Assembly: GCA_004557545.1 (NCBI GenBank)
Contig: SFGV01000004.1
Location: 3,166-67,165, forward strand
Source of the DNA: Succinatimonas hippei
GTDB taxonomy: Bacteria; Pseudomonadota; Gammaproteobacteria; Enterobacterales; Succinivibrionaceae
Direction: 5' to 3'
DNA length: 64,000 nucleotides
Both the position numbers and the translations under genes were made by a program. Positions 31,865 through 43,794 of this stretch are shown here, one piece after another (the first letter of the stretch is position 1; every line of letters starts with the position of its first letter). The notes under the pieces were generated by a model. The model searched no databases. It was not told the DNA's origin and worked only from the letters and a program-made list of their open reading frames with translations.

Positions 31865-32316
31865 TCTTCTTTCGTCTCTTTGGTGGCTTTTCCCTTCCTT
31901 GTGATATTTTTAACCCAAGCCGCCGGAGTCCTGAAGAACTCAAGGTTTCTTCTAAAGGCGCTATTGCCTGATGTCTTTAAGGCAGACTCCCAAAAAGGGG
32001 CTGAAAAGCACTAGGATAAGTGCTTTGAGACAGCCATGTCCTCTGATGTTAAGGAGATCACTTCTTTCGCCGCAAACCAGAACCGGCGATATCGTTATGG
32101 GATAACAAACTCAGGACTCTATAAGCTCAGAACCAGCGTGCTTGAAGGGATCAACAACAAGATCAAGGTACTCAAGCGGGTAGCCTACGGATACAGGGAT
32201 ACTGATTACTTCTTTCTGAGAATACAGTCGGCATTCAGAGGAAGACCGACTATAAATTAAAAAAGATCAATAAAGTATGGTTAAAAGGATCTTTTCAACA
32301 GAAAGTCGGAAGAACC
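31865..32316 (+). mobile_element. Internally deleted ISL3-family remnant
   Basis: Right end ...GAAAGTCGGAAGAACC (GGTTC terminus on the minus strand); degenerate left IR near 31865-31885 (14/19 match); encloses a transposase tail. Confidence 0.6.
32036..32260 (+). pseudogene. ISL3 transposase C-terminal fragment
   Basis: TS.LEGINNKIKVLKR.AYGYRD.DYFFLRI motif. Confidence 0.85.
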
Positions 32317-32374
32317 GATTTTTTTTGAGGAAAAGCGGCTCTGCACATCAGGTCGCAGTCTGCCAATAGCCAGA

Positions 32375-33826
32375 TTAAATCCTGCTTACACGTGCTCGGA
32401 AGACAGCCTGATCGGGCAAAGCGCTGTCATCGACCTTTATTTCAAAGCCAAGATGGTGGATAGCGGCCGCAGCGCTAGCTATAGATAGACCAAGTCCGCT
32501 GCCGTCCTCCTGCTGTCCGGCAGGCCTGAAGAAACGCTCGCCAATACGTGCGCGGTCGGTCTTATCGTAGTGGCGGCAGGCGTTCTCAACCATCAGGCTT
32601 TTCTTATCCGAGAAGATTCTGATCCGGCTTTCAGGCAGGCTGTAACGGCAAGCGTTCTCGATGAGGTTACGAGCCAGCACGAAGGCCATCTCTGGGTATC
32701 CGTCATCGATGGCAAGTCCGCCGTCTGTGAAGGAGGATTCGACCTTAAGCTTCTTTTTCTCGATGGCTTCCATAGACTCGGAGAGAGCCTTTTCCACGAG
32801 TTTTTTAAAACAGACTGCCCCCCGTGACATTCCGGGGATAGCGTCGCTTGAGCGGGAGCGGCTGTATAAATCGTCAAGCCTTGACAGCGTGAGCAGCTGA
32901 CGCACCAGGGTCGAGCAACGCCTGGCACCGGTGACAATGGCCAGAAGCGCCTCCTTGCGATCATCCTGCCCGCATGATGGATCTGCAGCAACGCGCGACT
33001 GGAGCATGAGACCTGCAAGCGGGGTGCGTAGCTCATGGGCCGCGTCCGAGACAAAGGAGCGCTCGCGGCGCATCATTGCACCACTCTTTTTAAAGAATGA
33101 GTTGAGCTCGTTGGCAAGCGGACGGATCTCCGATGGCAGCCCTTGCGTCCCAAGTGGCTTTTCGTCCCCAGGGCGTCTTGATGAGAGCTCCGCCTTTAGA
33201 TCGCCAAGAGGACTCAAAGCGCGCGTTATTACGATAAACAGACCGGCGCAGAGAACTATGGCGAAGGCAGCGAGTATCAGAAGCTGGCTTTGCAGGATCT
33301 CAAAGATGAGATCAGATCGAAACTCGAGCTCCTGAGCCACTGCGATGCGCCGACTGCCGTCTACTGAATCCATCCATAGGATCCGCCACTTGTCATCATC
33401 ACCGCGCAGAGCAACGTCGTGAAAACCGGAGCCCTTGTCCTCAAAGACGATCCGCCTGCCCTTACGCCCGTCAGACAACAAAAGCGAGCCATCTTTTGAA
33501 AACACTGCAAATGAGAGCGCATCGCCGTCGTAGTGGCCGTTTCGACGGGATTTTTTGATGTCTGGGAGATTTTGGCTGAAGGCCGTGCTGGCCTCGTCAG
33601 TATCCCAAGCGGCAAGTTGCCTTGCAAAGGAGAGCTGCACAGTATCGAAGTACTTGGAGGTCTCGTGGCGAAGGTGAAGTGCGGCGGCGATGACGGCAGC
33701 AAGCGAGAGCATAAGAGTAAGCGCAAGGCAGTAGAGTAGAAGCCTTGCCTTAAGGCTCCCAAGGCAGTGTCTTGCAAAAGCACGAATGGAGGATGAAACA
33801 GCCGATAAGGCAGATTGGAATACCAT
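32375..33826 (-). CDS. QseC/PmrB-like sensor histidine kinase
   Basis: Two TMs; RERSFVSDAAHELRTPL, NLIENACRY and GSGLGLSI motifs. Confidence 0.9.
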   Translation of the reverse strand: MVFQSALSAVSSSIRAFARHCLGSLKARLLLYCLALTLMLSLAAVIAAALHLRHETSKYFDTVQLSFARQLAAWDTDEASTAFSQNLPDIKKSRRNGHYDGDALSFAVFSKDGSLLLSDGRKGRRIVFEDKGSGFHDVALRGDDDKWRILWMDSVDGSRRIAVAQELEFRSDLIFEILQSQLLILAAFAIVLCAGLFIVITRALSPLGDLKAELSSRRPGDEKPLGTQGLPSEIRPLANELNSFFKKSGAMMRRERSFVSDAAHELRTPLAGLMLQSRVAADPSCGQDDRKEALLAIVTGARRCSTLVRQLLTLSRLDDLYSRSRSSDAIPGMSRGAVCFKKLVEKALSESMEAIEKKKLKVESSFTDGGLAIDDGYPEMAFVLARNLIENACRYSLPESRIRIFSDKKSLMVENACRHYDKTDRARIGERFFRPAGQQEDGSGLGLSIASAAAAIHHLGFEIKVDDSALPDQAVFRARVSRI

Positions 33827-33839
33827 GGCTTCACCCAGC

Positions 33840-34499
33840 TCAATCCCTGGGCACAGTGTAGCCGATGCCGTGGACGGTCTTGATGAACCCCTGCCCTAGC
33901 TTTCGCCGCAGGCGGTGGACCAGAATCTCGATGCTGTTTGGCGAGGCGTCCTCGTAGAGATCGCCCATCTTCTCCTCTATGAGATCCTTGGGGATGGTGC
34001 GGCCTACTCCTGACATCAGGATCTCGCAGAGCCTGAACTCGCGTGCGGTCATGGGCACTGCTCTTCCCGCTGATTCGACCATGCGCGATCCCTGATCAAG
34101 AACGACGTCACCGCACCGAATCACCGGGGTTGGGCGCCCTGCGCTACGGCGCGAGAGCGCCCGCAGCCTCGCCTCGAGCTCCTCGGGCTCGAAGGGCTTG
34201 ACGAGGTAGTCGTCGGCGCCAGTGTTTAGACCGCGCACCCTCTCGGAGAGCTCGTCACGGGCGGTGAGGATCAGCACCGGTTCCGTACGGCCGTCGCGCC
34301 GCCAGCGCCTCAGGACCTCGAGCCCGTCCATAGACGGTAGCCCGAGATCGAGGACAACAGCATCGTATGGTGCGCAGGGCAACGCCGCGTACGCCGCGGC
34401 GCCATCCTTTATCCAATCGGTCTCAAAGCCCCTTGGCTTGAGCCAGGTCTTGATCCCCTGTCCGATGAGGGCGTCGTCCTCTGCAAGCAGGATCCTCAT
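33840..34499 (-). CDS. QseB/PmrA-like OmpR-family response regulator
   Basis: LLAEDD, LDLGLP.MDG, GADDYLVKPF and winged helix TVHGIGY. Confidence 0.92.
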   Translation of the reverse strand: MRILLAEDDALIGQGIKTWLKPRGFETDWIKDGAAAYAALPCAPYDAVVLDLGLPSMDGLEVLRRWRRDGRTEPVLILTARDELSERVRGLNTGADDYLVKPFEPEELEARLRALSRRSAGRPTPVIRCGDVVLDQGSRMVESAGRAVPMTAREFRLCEILMSGVGRTIPKDLIEEKMGDLYEDASPNSIEILVHRLRRKLGQGFIKTVHGIGYTVPRD

Positions 34500-34522
34500 T
34501 CCGCCTCCATATCAGTCATGCC

Positions 34523-34915
34523 TTACTTCTTGGGGATCATAACAAGATAATCGGCGTCGATTATTGTTCTTCCGAATTCTTTATCGATTTCCCCGAAGAT
34601 CCTCACAGTGTTATCGGGGCCGACGCTCTGGCCGCAGAAGTCCTTCTGGCTTATCTCAGCCTCGGCCTGGCCGCTTGCGTCGGCGATGATGTAGGACTTC
34701 TTGCCAGTCCGCCTGAGGATTTTAGCCTCGACCACGACTTTAGAGTCATCGCGCAAAGCAAGGGCATCCCTGATGCTCGTGACGGCCACATCTCCAGTAA
34801 AGCCGCCGCTGGTTCCGCAATGGTTTGAGTAATCGTAGTGATCGTCTGCAAGGACCTGAGTCGACGCAAAAGTCAGGGTGGCACAGATGGCGGCAACTGC
34901 AATTGATGATTTCAT
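34523..34915 (-). CDS. YgiW/YdeI periplasmic OB-fold (BOF) protein
   Basis: Signal peptide; GGFTG, DDSKV, D.SG and V.I.GEIDK motifs. Confidence 0.85.
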   Translation of the reverse strand: MKSSIAVAAICATLTFASTQVLADDHYDYSNHCGTSGGFTGDVAVTSIRDALALRDDSKVVVEAKILRRTGKKSYIIADASGQAEAEISQKDFCGQSVGPDNTVRIFGEIDKEFGRTIIDADYLVMIPKK

Positions 34916-34983
34916 TTTTTTTCTCCTTTGGTTTTGGAACTCTGGGCAGCATCCCCTGCCCTTGCTTTATAGTAAAATCCATA

Positions 34984-35002
34984 AACCTTTCAGGAACCTT
35001 TC
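34984..35002 (-). promoter_or_regulatory. OmpR-family direct-repeat site upstream of the ygiW-like operon
   Basis: GAAAGGTT-cct-GAAAGGTT with 11-bp period, upstream of a TACTAT/TATAAA -10-like element. Confidence 0.6.
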
Positions 35003-35209
35003 GCGGAAGAAAAATGATGAATTTTTGCAGGAACGCTTCTGACATCAGAACAGTTTCAAAAAGCATCATTCTGATTTATAGCCAAAAGTTTGGCTGAGCT
35101 GTCAAAGAGCATGCCCATTACCTTAAGAAGCATTTTGGCTCCTTTCGGTAACGGACTCGTTTTGGATGATTGTCTCTATCGCCTGATGTCAGGAGAAATA
35201 GAAGTAAGC

Positions 35210-36283
35210 TTATAGCTGTTGCTGGATGATCCATTCTTTGAAGAATGGGTCTTCCATGGCATAGTCATTTTTTTCTTTGTTGATGATATAGCCTTTTTGG
35301 GCCAGCCGCTTTAGAGAACTGGTCATCGTGCTTGTAGGAAGCATGCGCGACTTGACTGGATTGCTGCCTTGGCATACTAACCTTATCATCAGTTGGTCTG
35401 TCTTGTTGAATGTCAGCCACAGCCGTTCATAATCGAGGTCGTGTGACTGTACTATATCGGTTATGGCAAGTTTGAAAACCTCAGTGTCGCTTTTTCCAAG
35501 AGCTATCAAGTCCCAAATAGCGGAAGCAAGCTGTTGTGTGTAGTAAGGATGGTTATCTGTAAAATTCAGAATCTTACGAGCCATGTCTTCCGAGCGGGCC
35601 GTTACCGGCGACAGCCTGTTCTGCAGGTAACGGAGAAAATCATCTTGGGGTATCTTGTTGAGCCGCATAAGCATGCCAAAGTGATAGAACGGCGATTTGG
35701 GACTTTCAAAGATATCAGCCATCATCGATTCCTGACTACCTAAGAGTATATAGTTGATATTCATCTGCTCTTGCATGATGGCCCGCAGTTCCCTGTCAAT
35801 ATGCTTATCAATTTCCAATATATCTTGGAACTCATCAAATACCACAACCAGTCTGTGCTCTGCGCTGCTTACTTCTCCAAGAAGTGCCATGGAGTCCTCG
35901 AAAACGGCCCGCGAGTCAACAAGTGGCTGAAACGTAACGCTCATCTCATCGGTCATTGGGTTGACAGACACCGATGGCAACACTCTAAAGTTGCGGAGAA
36001 AGTGCTTCACCTTCTCCATTTTGTACTGCTTGAATATAGACTTCAGAAGTTTTGCAGCAAAGTCCTCCCGGCTCAACACCTGCTGCATGTTGACCCAGAC
36101 ATAAAGACGCCCCGACTCTCGGACTGCCTTGCGTACAAGACTCGACTTACCGTATCTACGTGGACTGATGAGCACAAGATGGTTCTCACTCTTTAGAAAC
36201 TGACCGATACGTGCAAGTTCTTCCACCCTGTCAGTGAAGTAAGGTTCATCTACTAACGTGCCGAATTTAAAGGGATTGTCCAT
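35210..36283 (-). CDS. P-loop ATPase (ATPase_2/AAA type) with C-terminal winged helix
   Basis: MDNPF.FG, FTDR..E, SPRRYGKSS Walker A, VVFDEFQ Walker B, HPYY.Q and DPFF..W motifs. Confidence 0.85.
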   Translation of the reverse strand: MDNPFKFGTLVDEPYFTDRVEELARIGQFLKSENHLVLISPRRYGKSSLVRKAVRESGRLYVWVNMQQVLSREDFAAKLLKSIFKQYKMEKVKHFLRNFRVLPSVSVNPMTDEMSVTFQPLVDSRAVFEDSMALLGEVSSAEHRLVVVFDEFQDILEIDKHIDRELRAIMQEQMNINYILLGSQESMMADIFESPKSPFYHFGMLMRLNKIPQDDFLRYLQNRLSPVTARSEDMARKILNFTDNHPYYTQQLASAIWDLIALGKSDTEVFKLAITDIVQSHDLDYERLWLTFNKTDQLMIRLVCQGSNPVKSRMLPTSTMTSSLKRLAQKGYIINKEKNDYAMEDPFFKEWIIQQQL

Positions 36284-36552
36284 TTGCGAAAATTTTCGTT
36301 ACGAGATTTTTCGTAAAGATAACATAAACAATGGAGATAACAAAGTAAAATGCTATTTTTCCTTGATTTATCCAAGCGTAGCCTTGTTATCATCAACTTG
36401 TTTTTCTATATTTCACCAGATTATCGCCTATGCTGACATTGCAAGATAAATAGCAATTTTGAGCCAGACTGAACCGCTAAGGATTAAACAGGTTCAATCC
36501 TGCTGATCTTTTTTAAGAAAAAGGCCGGGCGCCTGAAAGGCGCCCCGCTTTG

Positions 36553-37809
36553 TCACATCATGCTTACCAGCTCGTCACCAAACTCTGAGGTAGTAAGACA
36601 GGTCGCGCCTTCCATCTCGGAGGCAAAATCAGAGGTAACGCGCTTTGACGAGATCGCTTTATCCATCGAGGAGATGATCAGATCCGCCGCCTCGTTCCAT
36701 CCCATGTGACGCAGCATAAGCTCTGCCGAGAGGATGATTGATCCCGGGTTCGCCTTTCCGGTTCCCGCGATGGTCGGCGCGGTGCCATGGGTTGCCTCGA
36801 ATATGGCGCACTCGCTTCCGATATTGGCGCCCGGGGCTATTCCGATCCCTCCCACCTGGGCCGCCATCGCGTCGGAGATGTAATCACCATTGAGGTTCAT
36901 CGCCGCGACCACATCATAGTCGGCAGGATGCAGAAGTATATTCTGCAAGAACGCGTCGGCTATACAGTCCTTGATAACGATCTGACGTCCGGTTACAGGA
37001 TTTTTAAATGAAACGACACCGGTTTTTTCATCCTTTTTAGCGCCAAACTCACGCTCGGCCAGTTCATATCCCCACTTTTTGAAGGCGCCTTCGGTGAATT
37101 TCATGATGTTGCCCTTGTGGACAATAGTCACGGACTTTCTGTCATGATCAACCGCGTAACGAATGGCGGCGCGGATCAGACGCTCGGTGCCGGCACGGCT
37201 CATCGGCTTCACGCCGATGCCGCAGTGCTCGGTAAAGCGGATCTTGCGCACTCCCATCTCATCGCGCAGGAATTTTATAAGCTTTAAGGCGCCATCAGAA
37301 TCAGCTTCCCACTCTATTCCGGCGTAGATGTCCTCGGCGTTTTCACGGAAGATCACTCCATCAACAAGCTCAGGATGCTTTACAGGACTTGGAACGCCTT
37401 TGAAATAACGTACGGGACGCAGGCAGATATACAGATCAAGAGTCTGGCGCAGCGCCACATTCAGTGATCTGATCCCTCCTCCAACCGGAGTGGTAAGCGG
37501 TCCTTTTATGGCGACATGATATTTTCTGATGAAATCGAAGGTCTCATCAGGAAGCCACTGTCCATCGCCATACACCTCGGTGCTGCGCCCGCCGGCGTAG
37601 ATCTCCATCCAGCTTATGCGTTTTTTGCCTTTGTATGCCTTATTTACCGCCGCGTCAACGACCTTTCTCATAACCGGGGTGATGTCAGCGCCAATACCGT
37701 CTCCTCTTATAAAAGGAACGATCGGATTATCGGGTACTATGAGCTGCCCCTTATCATCCAAGGTTATGGCCTGTCCGTCTGTAGGAATGACGACTTTGCT
37801 TTTAAACAT
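36553..37809 (-). CDS. icd: Isocitrate dehydrogenase (homodimeric type)
   Basis: [40 protein letters not shown] and EATHGTAP motifs; ATG 37809 has AGGAG SD. Confidence 0.97.
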   Translation of the reverse strand: MFKSKVVIPTDGQAITLDDKGQLIVPDNPIVPFIRGDGIGADITPVMRKVVDAAVNKAYKGKKRISWMEIYAGGRSTEVYGDGQWLPDETFDFIRKYHVAIKGPLTTPVGGGIRSLNVALRQTLDLYICLRPVRYFKGVPSPVKHPELVDGVIFRENAEDIYAGIEWEADSDGALKLIKFLRDEMGVRKIRFTEHCGIGVKPMSRAGTERLIRAAIRYAVDHDRKSVTIVHKGNIMKFTEGAFKKWGYELAEREFGAKKDEKTGVVSFKNPVTGRQIVIKDCIADAFLQNILLHPADYDVVAAMNLNGDYISDAMAAQVGGIGIAPGANIGSECAIFEATHGTAPTIAGTGKANPGSIILSAELMLRHMGWNEAADLIISSMDKAISSKRVTSDFASEMEGATCLTTSEFGDELVSMM

Positions 37810-37941
37810 TACATTGCTCCTGTCTGAATACGGCGCTAAAAAACTGCTCACAAGTTTAGCAGAGTGTCCAAAAATGGGGTCCTTTATCAAATAAGCCTCT
37901 GTTCCTGATCATTTTACGTGCGTCAAAGCCTTAAAAACTCT

Positions 37942-37970
37942 TTGACAGCCGATGGGGGTTCATATAGAAT
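37942..37970 (+). promoter_or_regulatory. Strong sigma70 promoter of the tRNA gene
   Basis: TTGACA-N17-TAGAAT followed by a GC-rich discriminator. Confidence 0.85.
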
Positions 37971-37987
37971 GTGCCCTGTTTTCGGTT

Positions 37988-38064
37988 GCGCCCTTAGCTC
38001 AGTTGGTTAGAGCATTACCTTCACACGGTAGGGGTCGATGGTTCGAGTCCATTAGGGCGCACCA
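37988..38064 (+). tRNA. tRNA-Val (anticodon CAC)
   Basis: Acceptor stem GCGCCCT/AGGGCGC plus ACCA; D-arm GCTCAGTTGGTTAGAGC; anticodon loop TT-CAC-AC; GTTCGAG T-loop. Confidence 0.95.
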
Positions 38065-38198
38065 GTCCTTGTTTTACCTCGCTTAAGCACATTTCGCAGC
38101 TGGTCTTTTCAGACCGGTCAATCTTTGTTTGCGGTCAATCCAGTCAACCGGTCCCCAGCCTGAATGAGTCTGCTAAAATAGCGCTCTCAGGAGAAAGC

Positions 38199-38666
38199 AT
38201 GACACAGAGATTCAAACCAAATTCTACAGTCGCTCTCATCATCGAGCATGAAGGGCGTTTTCTGATGGTCGAGGAGACCAATGAGGATCAGGGAGACCGC
38301 CCGGTATTCGGTATGCCATCCGGGCATATTGAGGCGAAGGAAAGCATTCTTGACGCCGCGCTGCGCGAGGGCTTTGAGGAAACCGGCTGTGAGGTTGAGC
38401 TAACCGCGCTCACCGGGATCTATGACTACGTTAAGGATTACGAAACCATAGAGCGCTTCTGTTTTGCCGCCAAACTAAAATCGGTTCCGGAGATCTTCTC
38501 GCCACGCGATCCTGATCATGAGATAAGAAGCGTGCGCTGGTATACGAAAGAAGAAATTGAGGAAGGCAAAAGCAAGTGGCGTACCAGACTGGTTGGCCTT
38601 TGCATGGACGATTACCTCAAGGGTCAGCGTTATCCGCTTTCAATTATTCATACGATTGTCCCATGA
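38199..38666 (+). CDS. nudJ: NUDIX hydrolase NudJ
   Basis: GHIE..E...AALRE..EETG Nudix box; upstream of mnmA. Confidence 0.85.
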   Translation: MTQRFKPNSTVALIIEHEGRFLMVEETNEDQGDRPVFGMPSGHIEAKESILDAALREGFEETGCEVELTALTGIYDYVKDYETIERFCFAAKLKSVPEIFSPRDPDHEIRSVRWYTKEEIEEGKSKWRTRLVGLCMDDYLKGQRYPLSIIHTIVP

Positions 38667-39814
38667 GCAAAATTCCAGTAAAACTTTCAGAGCCTGAGCT
38701 TGACGCGTCCATTCCTTATGATGATCTTAAGGGGAAAAGCGTTGTCGTAGGCCTTTCAGGAGGGGTTGACTCATCACTCTCGGCCGCGCTTTTAAAAGAG
38801 CATGGCATGAAAGTTACAGCTCTTTTCATGAAGAACTGGGAAGAAGATGACACCGACACCTACTGCTCGGCGGCCAAAGACCGCGAGGACGCTCAGAGAG
38901 TCTGTGACACCCTTGGCATAGAGCTTAAAACCATCAACTTCGCGGCCGAATACTGGGACAACGTATTTGAGATCTTTTTGTCAGAGTACAAAGCCGGACG
39001 CACCCCAAACCCCGACATACTCTGCAACAAGGAGATCAAGTTCAAGGCTTTCCTCGATTACGCCCTGGAGGATCTGAACGCCGACTTCATCGCTACCGGT
39101 CATTACTGCCGCAGATCGTTTAATACCGCCAACCCCTATCTGATGAGAGGCTCAGATCCAAAAAAGGATCAAAGCTATTTTCTCCACGCGATAGACGGCA
39201 GCGTGCTCTCGAAGGTTCTCTTTCCGGTAGGCGCTCTTGAAAAACCCATGGTGCGCGCCATGGCCGCCTCACGTGGACTCGCGACGGCAGGAAAGAAAGA
39301 CTCCACCGGCATATGCTTTATCGGAGAGAAGCGTTTTCATGAGTTTCTCTCACGTTTCATTCCGGCAATGCCTGGAAATATAGTTACAACGGGTGGACAA
39401 ATAGTAGGCAGACATGACGGGCTCATGTACGCGACCATAGGACAGCGCAAAGGGCTTGGCATAGGCGGCAAAAACGACAGCTCAGGCAAGCCCTGGTATG
39501 TGGTCGACAAGGACTTAAAGCGCAACGAGCTTATAGTCGCGCAGGGGCACGACAACCCTGCCTTGTATTCAGAAGGACTTAAGGCGATCAATGAAACCTG
39601 GATCATAAGAGCAGATGAGGATGCCTTTGAATGCACCTGCAAGATCCGCTACCGCCAGCCTGACATTGAATGTACGGTATATCGTACCAGTGATGGTCTT
39701 GAGGTAAGGTTTAAAAAGCCCGTGGCCGCGGTGGCTCCTGGGCAGTCCGTAGTGTTCTATTGCGGTGAGGCCTGTTTAGGCGGCGCGGTAATCGCCTCCG
39801 CTATCAGAAACTGA
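38663..39814 (+). CDS. mnmA: tRNA-specific 2-thiouridylase
   Basis: [33 protein letters not shown] and DSTGICFIG motifs. Confidence 0.97.
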   Translation: MSKIPVKLSEPELDASIPYDDLKGKSVVVGLSGGVDSSLSAALLKEHGMKVTALFMKNWEEDDTDTYCSAAKDREDAQRVCDTLGIELKTINFAAEYWDNVFEIFLSEYKAGRTPNPDILCNKEIKFKAFLDYALEDLNADFIATGHYCRRSFNTANPYLMRGSDPKKDQSYFLHAIDGSVLSKVLFPVGALEKPMVRAMAASRGLATAGKKDSTGICFIGEKRFHEFLSRFIPAMPGNIVTTGGQIVGRHDGLMYATIGQRKGLGIGGKNDSSGKPWYVVDKDLKRNELIVAQGHDNPALYSEGLKAINETWIIRADEDAFECTCKIRYRQPDIECTVYRTSDGLEVRFKKPVAAVAPGQSVVFYCGEACLGGAVIASAIRN

Positions 39815-39826
39815 CGAGGTTAAAAA

Positions 39827-41879
<2,053 letters not shown>

Positions 41880-41898
41880 AGTCATTTCCAGGAAAAGG

Positions 41899-41924
41899 AT
41901 CCCGGCGTACAAGCCGGGATTTTT
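41899..41924 (+). terminator. purB terminator
   Basis: ATCCCGGC..GCCGGGAT hairpin plus T-run. Confidence 0.7.
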
Positions 41925-42280
41925 GTCAAATGAGGCCGAAGAATAGGCACAAAATATAAATTCTCAGGATCGCGAAACCGCTTAATATCCTTTTTATAAA
42001 GTCTTTTATATAAATCAATTATTTATCATCTCATTTATCTTATCACTGCTATCGGTTATCTTATTGATTTATAATATATTTAACAAACAAGATGCAGCAA
42101 CTGATCAAATTCAATCCAAAACAAAATTTAAATGAGTTAACGCGCAAAACTGTGGACTAAAAAATTCTCCAATTCATTAAGATTTTTAGACAGAGATCAA
42201 AGAAATGTAACTGGCTGTTTATTACGCAGGCTAAAAAGTAATAAAGTGGGATACTAGTAAACAAGTTTCCGAGGCTTTTA

Positions 42281-43006
42281 ATGAACGCGCTTGTACTTCC
42301 GCCCCTTAAAATAACCAACAGCCAGCCTGTCAGCAGGCAGATTTATGTCTATCTCAGACATCACATTACTGAGATGACTTTAAAACCCGGAACCAGACTA
42401 TCAGAAAATGACCTTTCAGCCCAGCTTAAGGTTTCACGCCAGCCGGTACGCGAGGCTTTTTTCAGTCTCAAGCGCCAGAATCTTATAGAAGTTTATCCGC
42501 AAAAGGGTTCATTTGTCACCATGATCTCAGGCAAGCGCATCATGGAAACCTGTTTTGTGCGCTGCTCGATCGAAACCGCAGCTTTGCGCAAAGCGCTGAG
42601 CGAGCCTGAGGAAAGCAATGCCCTTATCTGGAAGGAACTTGAGCAAAATCTCGCGGAGCAGCATGACCTGATCCGCACCAAGGACAAGATAAAAGATCCT
42701 GACGCCGAGTTTCTGAGGCTTGATAACGATTTTCACCGTATCATCTGCAAATTCTCAGGAACATCCATGGCTTGGGACGTCATCGATGATATAAAGGCAA
42801 ATCTTGACAGGATCCGCTACCTGTCAACAAAAGGAGTATCGGAAATTGCCGTGATTGTAGGTGAGCATCAGCAGGTATTTGATGAGATGAAGTCAGGTGA
42901 TGAAAAACACGCAGTAAACGGTCTTACGGATCATCTGTATGAAATTGCCCTAACTTACAAAGCGATAAGAGCGAAAAACTCAGAATGGTTTACTGAAGAA
43001 AATTGA
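42281..43006 (+). CDS. GntR/FadR-family (FCD) transcriptional regulator, RspR-like
   Basis: PG.RLSE, VSRQPVREA, PQKGSFV, LD.DFH and DRIRYL motifs. Confidence 0.88.
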   Translation: MNALVLPPLKITNSQPVSRQIYVYLRHHITEMTLKPGTRLSENDLSAQLKVSRQPVREAFFSLKRQNLIEVYPQKGSFVTMISGKRIMETCFVRCSIETAALRKALSEPEESNALIWKELEQNLAEQHDLIRTKDKIKDPDAEFLRLDNDFHRIICKFSGTSMAWDVIDDIKANLDRIRYLSTKGVSEIAVIVGEHQQVFDEMKSGDEKHAVNGLTDHLYEIALTYKAIRAKNSEWFTEEN

Positions 43007-43113
43007 CAGTACAAGTCAAACATTCATGAATTCGCTGGTCTTCCGCCTCCAGATAAAAGTTGCATTAATTTTACATCTGCGAGGTGGCGGAATGACTGAT
43101 CGTAATATATAAT

Positions 43114-43133
43114 CCTAATGATAAGTATTACTA
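43114..43133 (+). promoter_or_regulatory. Fur/Per-like box, probably autoregulatory
   Basis: CCTAATGATAAGTATTACT, 13/19 match to GATAATGATAATCATTATC, just upstream of the SD. Confidence 0.5.
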
Positions 43134-43146
43134 TTAAGGATTTTCT

Positions 43147-43563
43147 ATGGAATCAGTCAGAAGACGTAGCGCCCAGCGTGAAAAGATCCGCGAAATTATG
43201 CGCGGGCGCACCGATCATCCGGACGCACAAAAGGTTTATGACGAGCTTAAAGTGATTAGTCCGCGTATCAGTCTGGGTACGGTATACCGCAATCTCATGC
43301 TGCTAGCGGGTGACGGAGAACTTCAGATCCTCGATGTCGGGGACGGAAAGGTTCGTTTTGACCCGAATATAAACTCGCACGCGCATTTTCTCTGCACAAA
43401 ATGCCATGGAGTAAGCGATATACCCGAAGGCACCTATACCCTTAAGGTAGATCCCTCTCACGCGTCAGGTTGCGGGAAAATCGAACAAACCACCCTGACC
43501 TTCCGCGGGATCTGTCATAACTGCCTTGAAAAAAAAGCTCCTGCCACAATCCACAGCTCATAA
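43147..43563 (+). CDS. Fur-family regulator (PerR-like)
   Basis: DHPDA, ISLGTVYRNL, HAHF.CxxC and C-terminal CxxC. Confidence 0.9.
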   Translation: MESVRRRSAQREKIREIMRGRTDHPDAQKVYDELKVISPRISLGTVYRNLMLLAGDGELQILDVGDGKVRFDPNINSHAHFLCTKCHGVSDIPEGTYTLKVDPSHASGCGKIEQTTLTFRGICHNCLEKKAPATIHSS

Positions 43564-43724
43564 ATTTCCCTGCTCAAGCCCTGCATCACTGGAATTTGAC
43601 AATGTAGCGGTTTGAGCTATCTAACAATTTTTTTAATTCGCTCACGCTAAACTGTGATCGAAAACGTTTTAGTGTCAAATTTACTACGCAATCCAGCATA
43701 AAAGATTGTTTAATGTAAGAAACA

Positions 43725-43751
43725 TAAGGAGCTCCGGCCTTTAGCCGAAAT
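43725..43751 (+). promoter_or_regulatory. Sigma28 (FliA)-like promoter of the MCP gene
   Basis: TAAG-N15-GCCGAAAT versus consensus TAAA-N15-GCCGATAA. Confidence 0.55.
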
Positions 43752-43794
43752 ATATAAACATCAACACAAAAAGTATTCGAATCAGGTAAAGCAA

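Noticed and set aside
31840..36590. Possible prophage or island integrated at the icd 3' end
   Set aside because: No integrase and no duplicated icd tail; only an 8-bp TCACCAAA match, which is expected by chance.
41925..42280. Very AT-rich intergenic stretch
   Set aside because: No ORF, stable structure or clear repeat; most likely the promoter region of the GntR-family gene.
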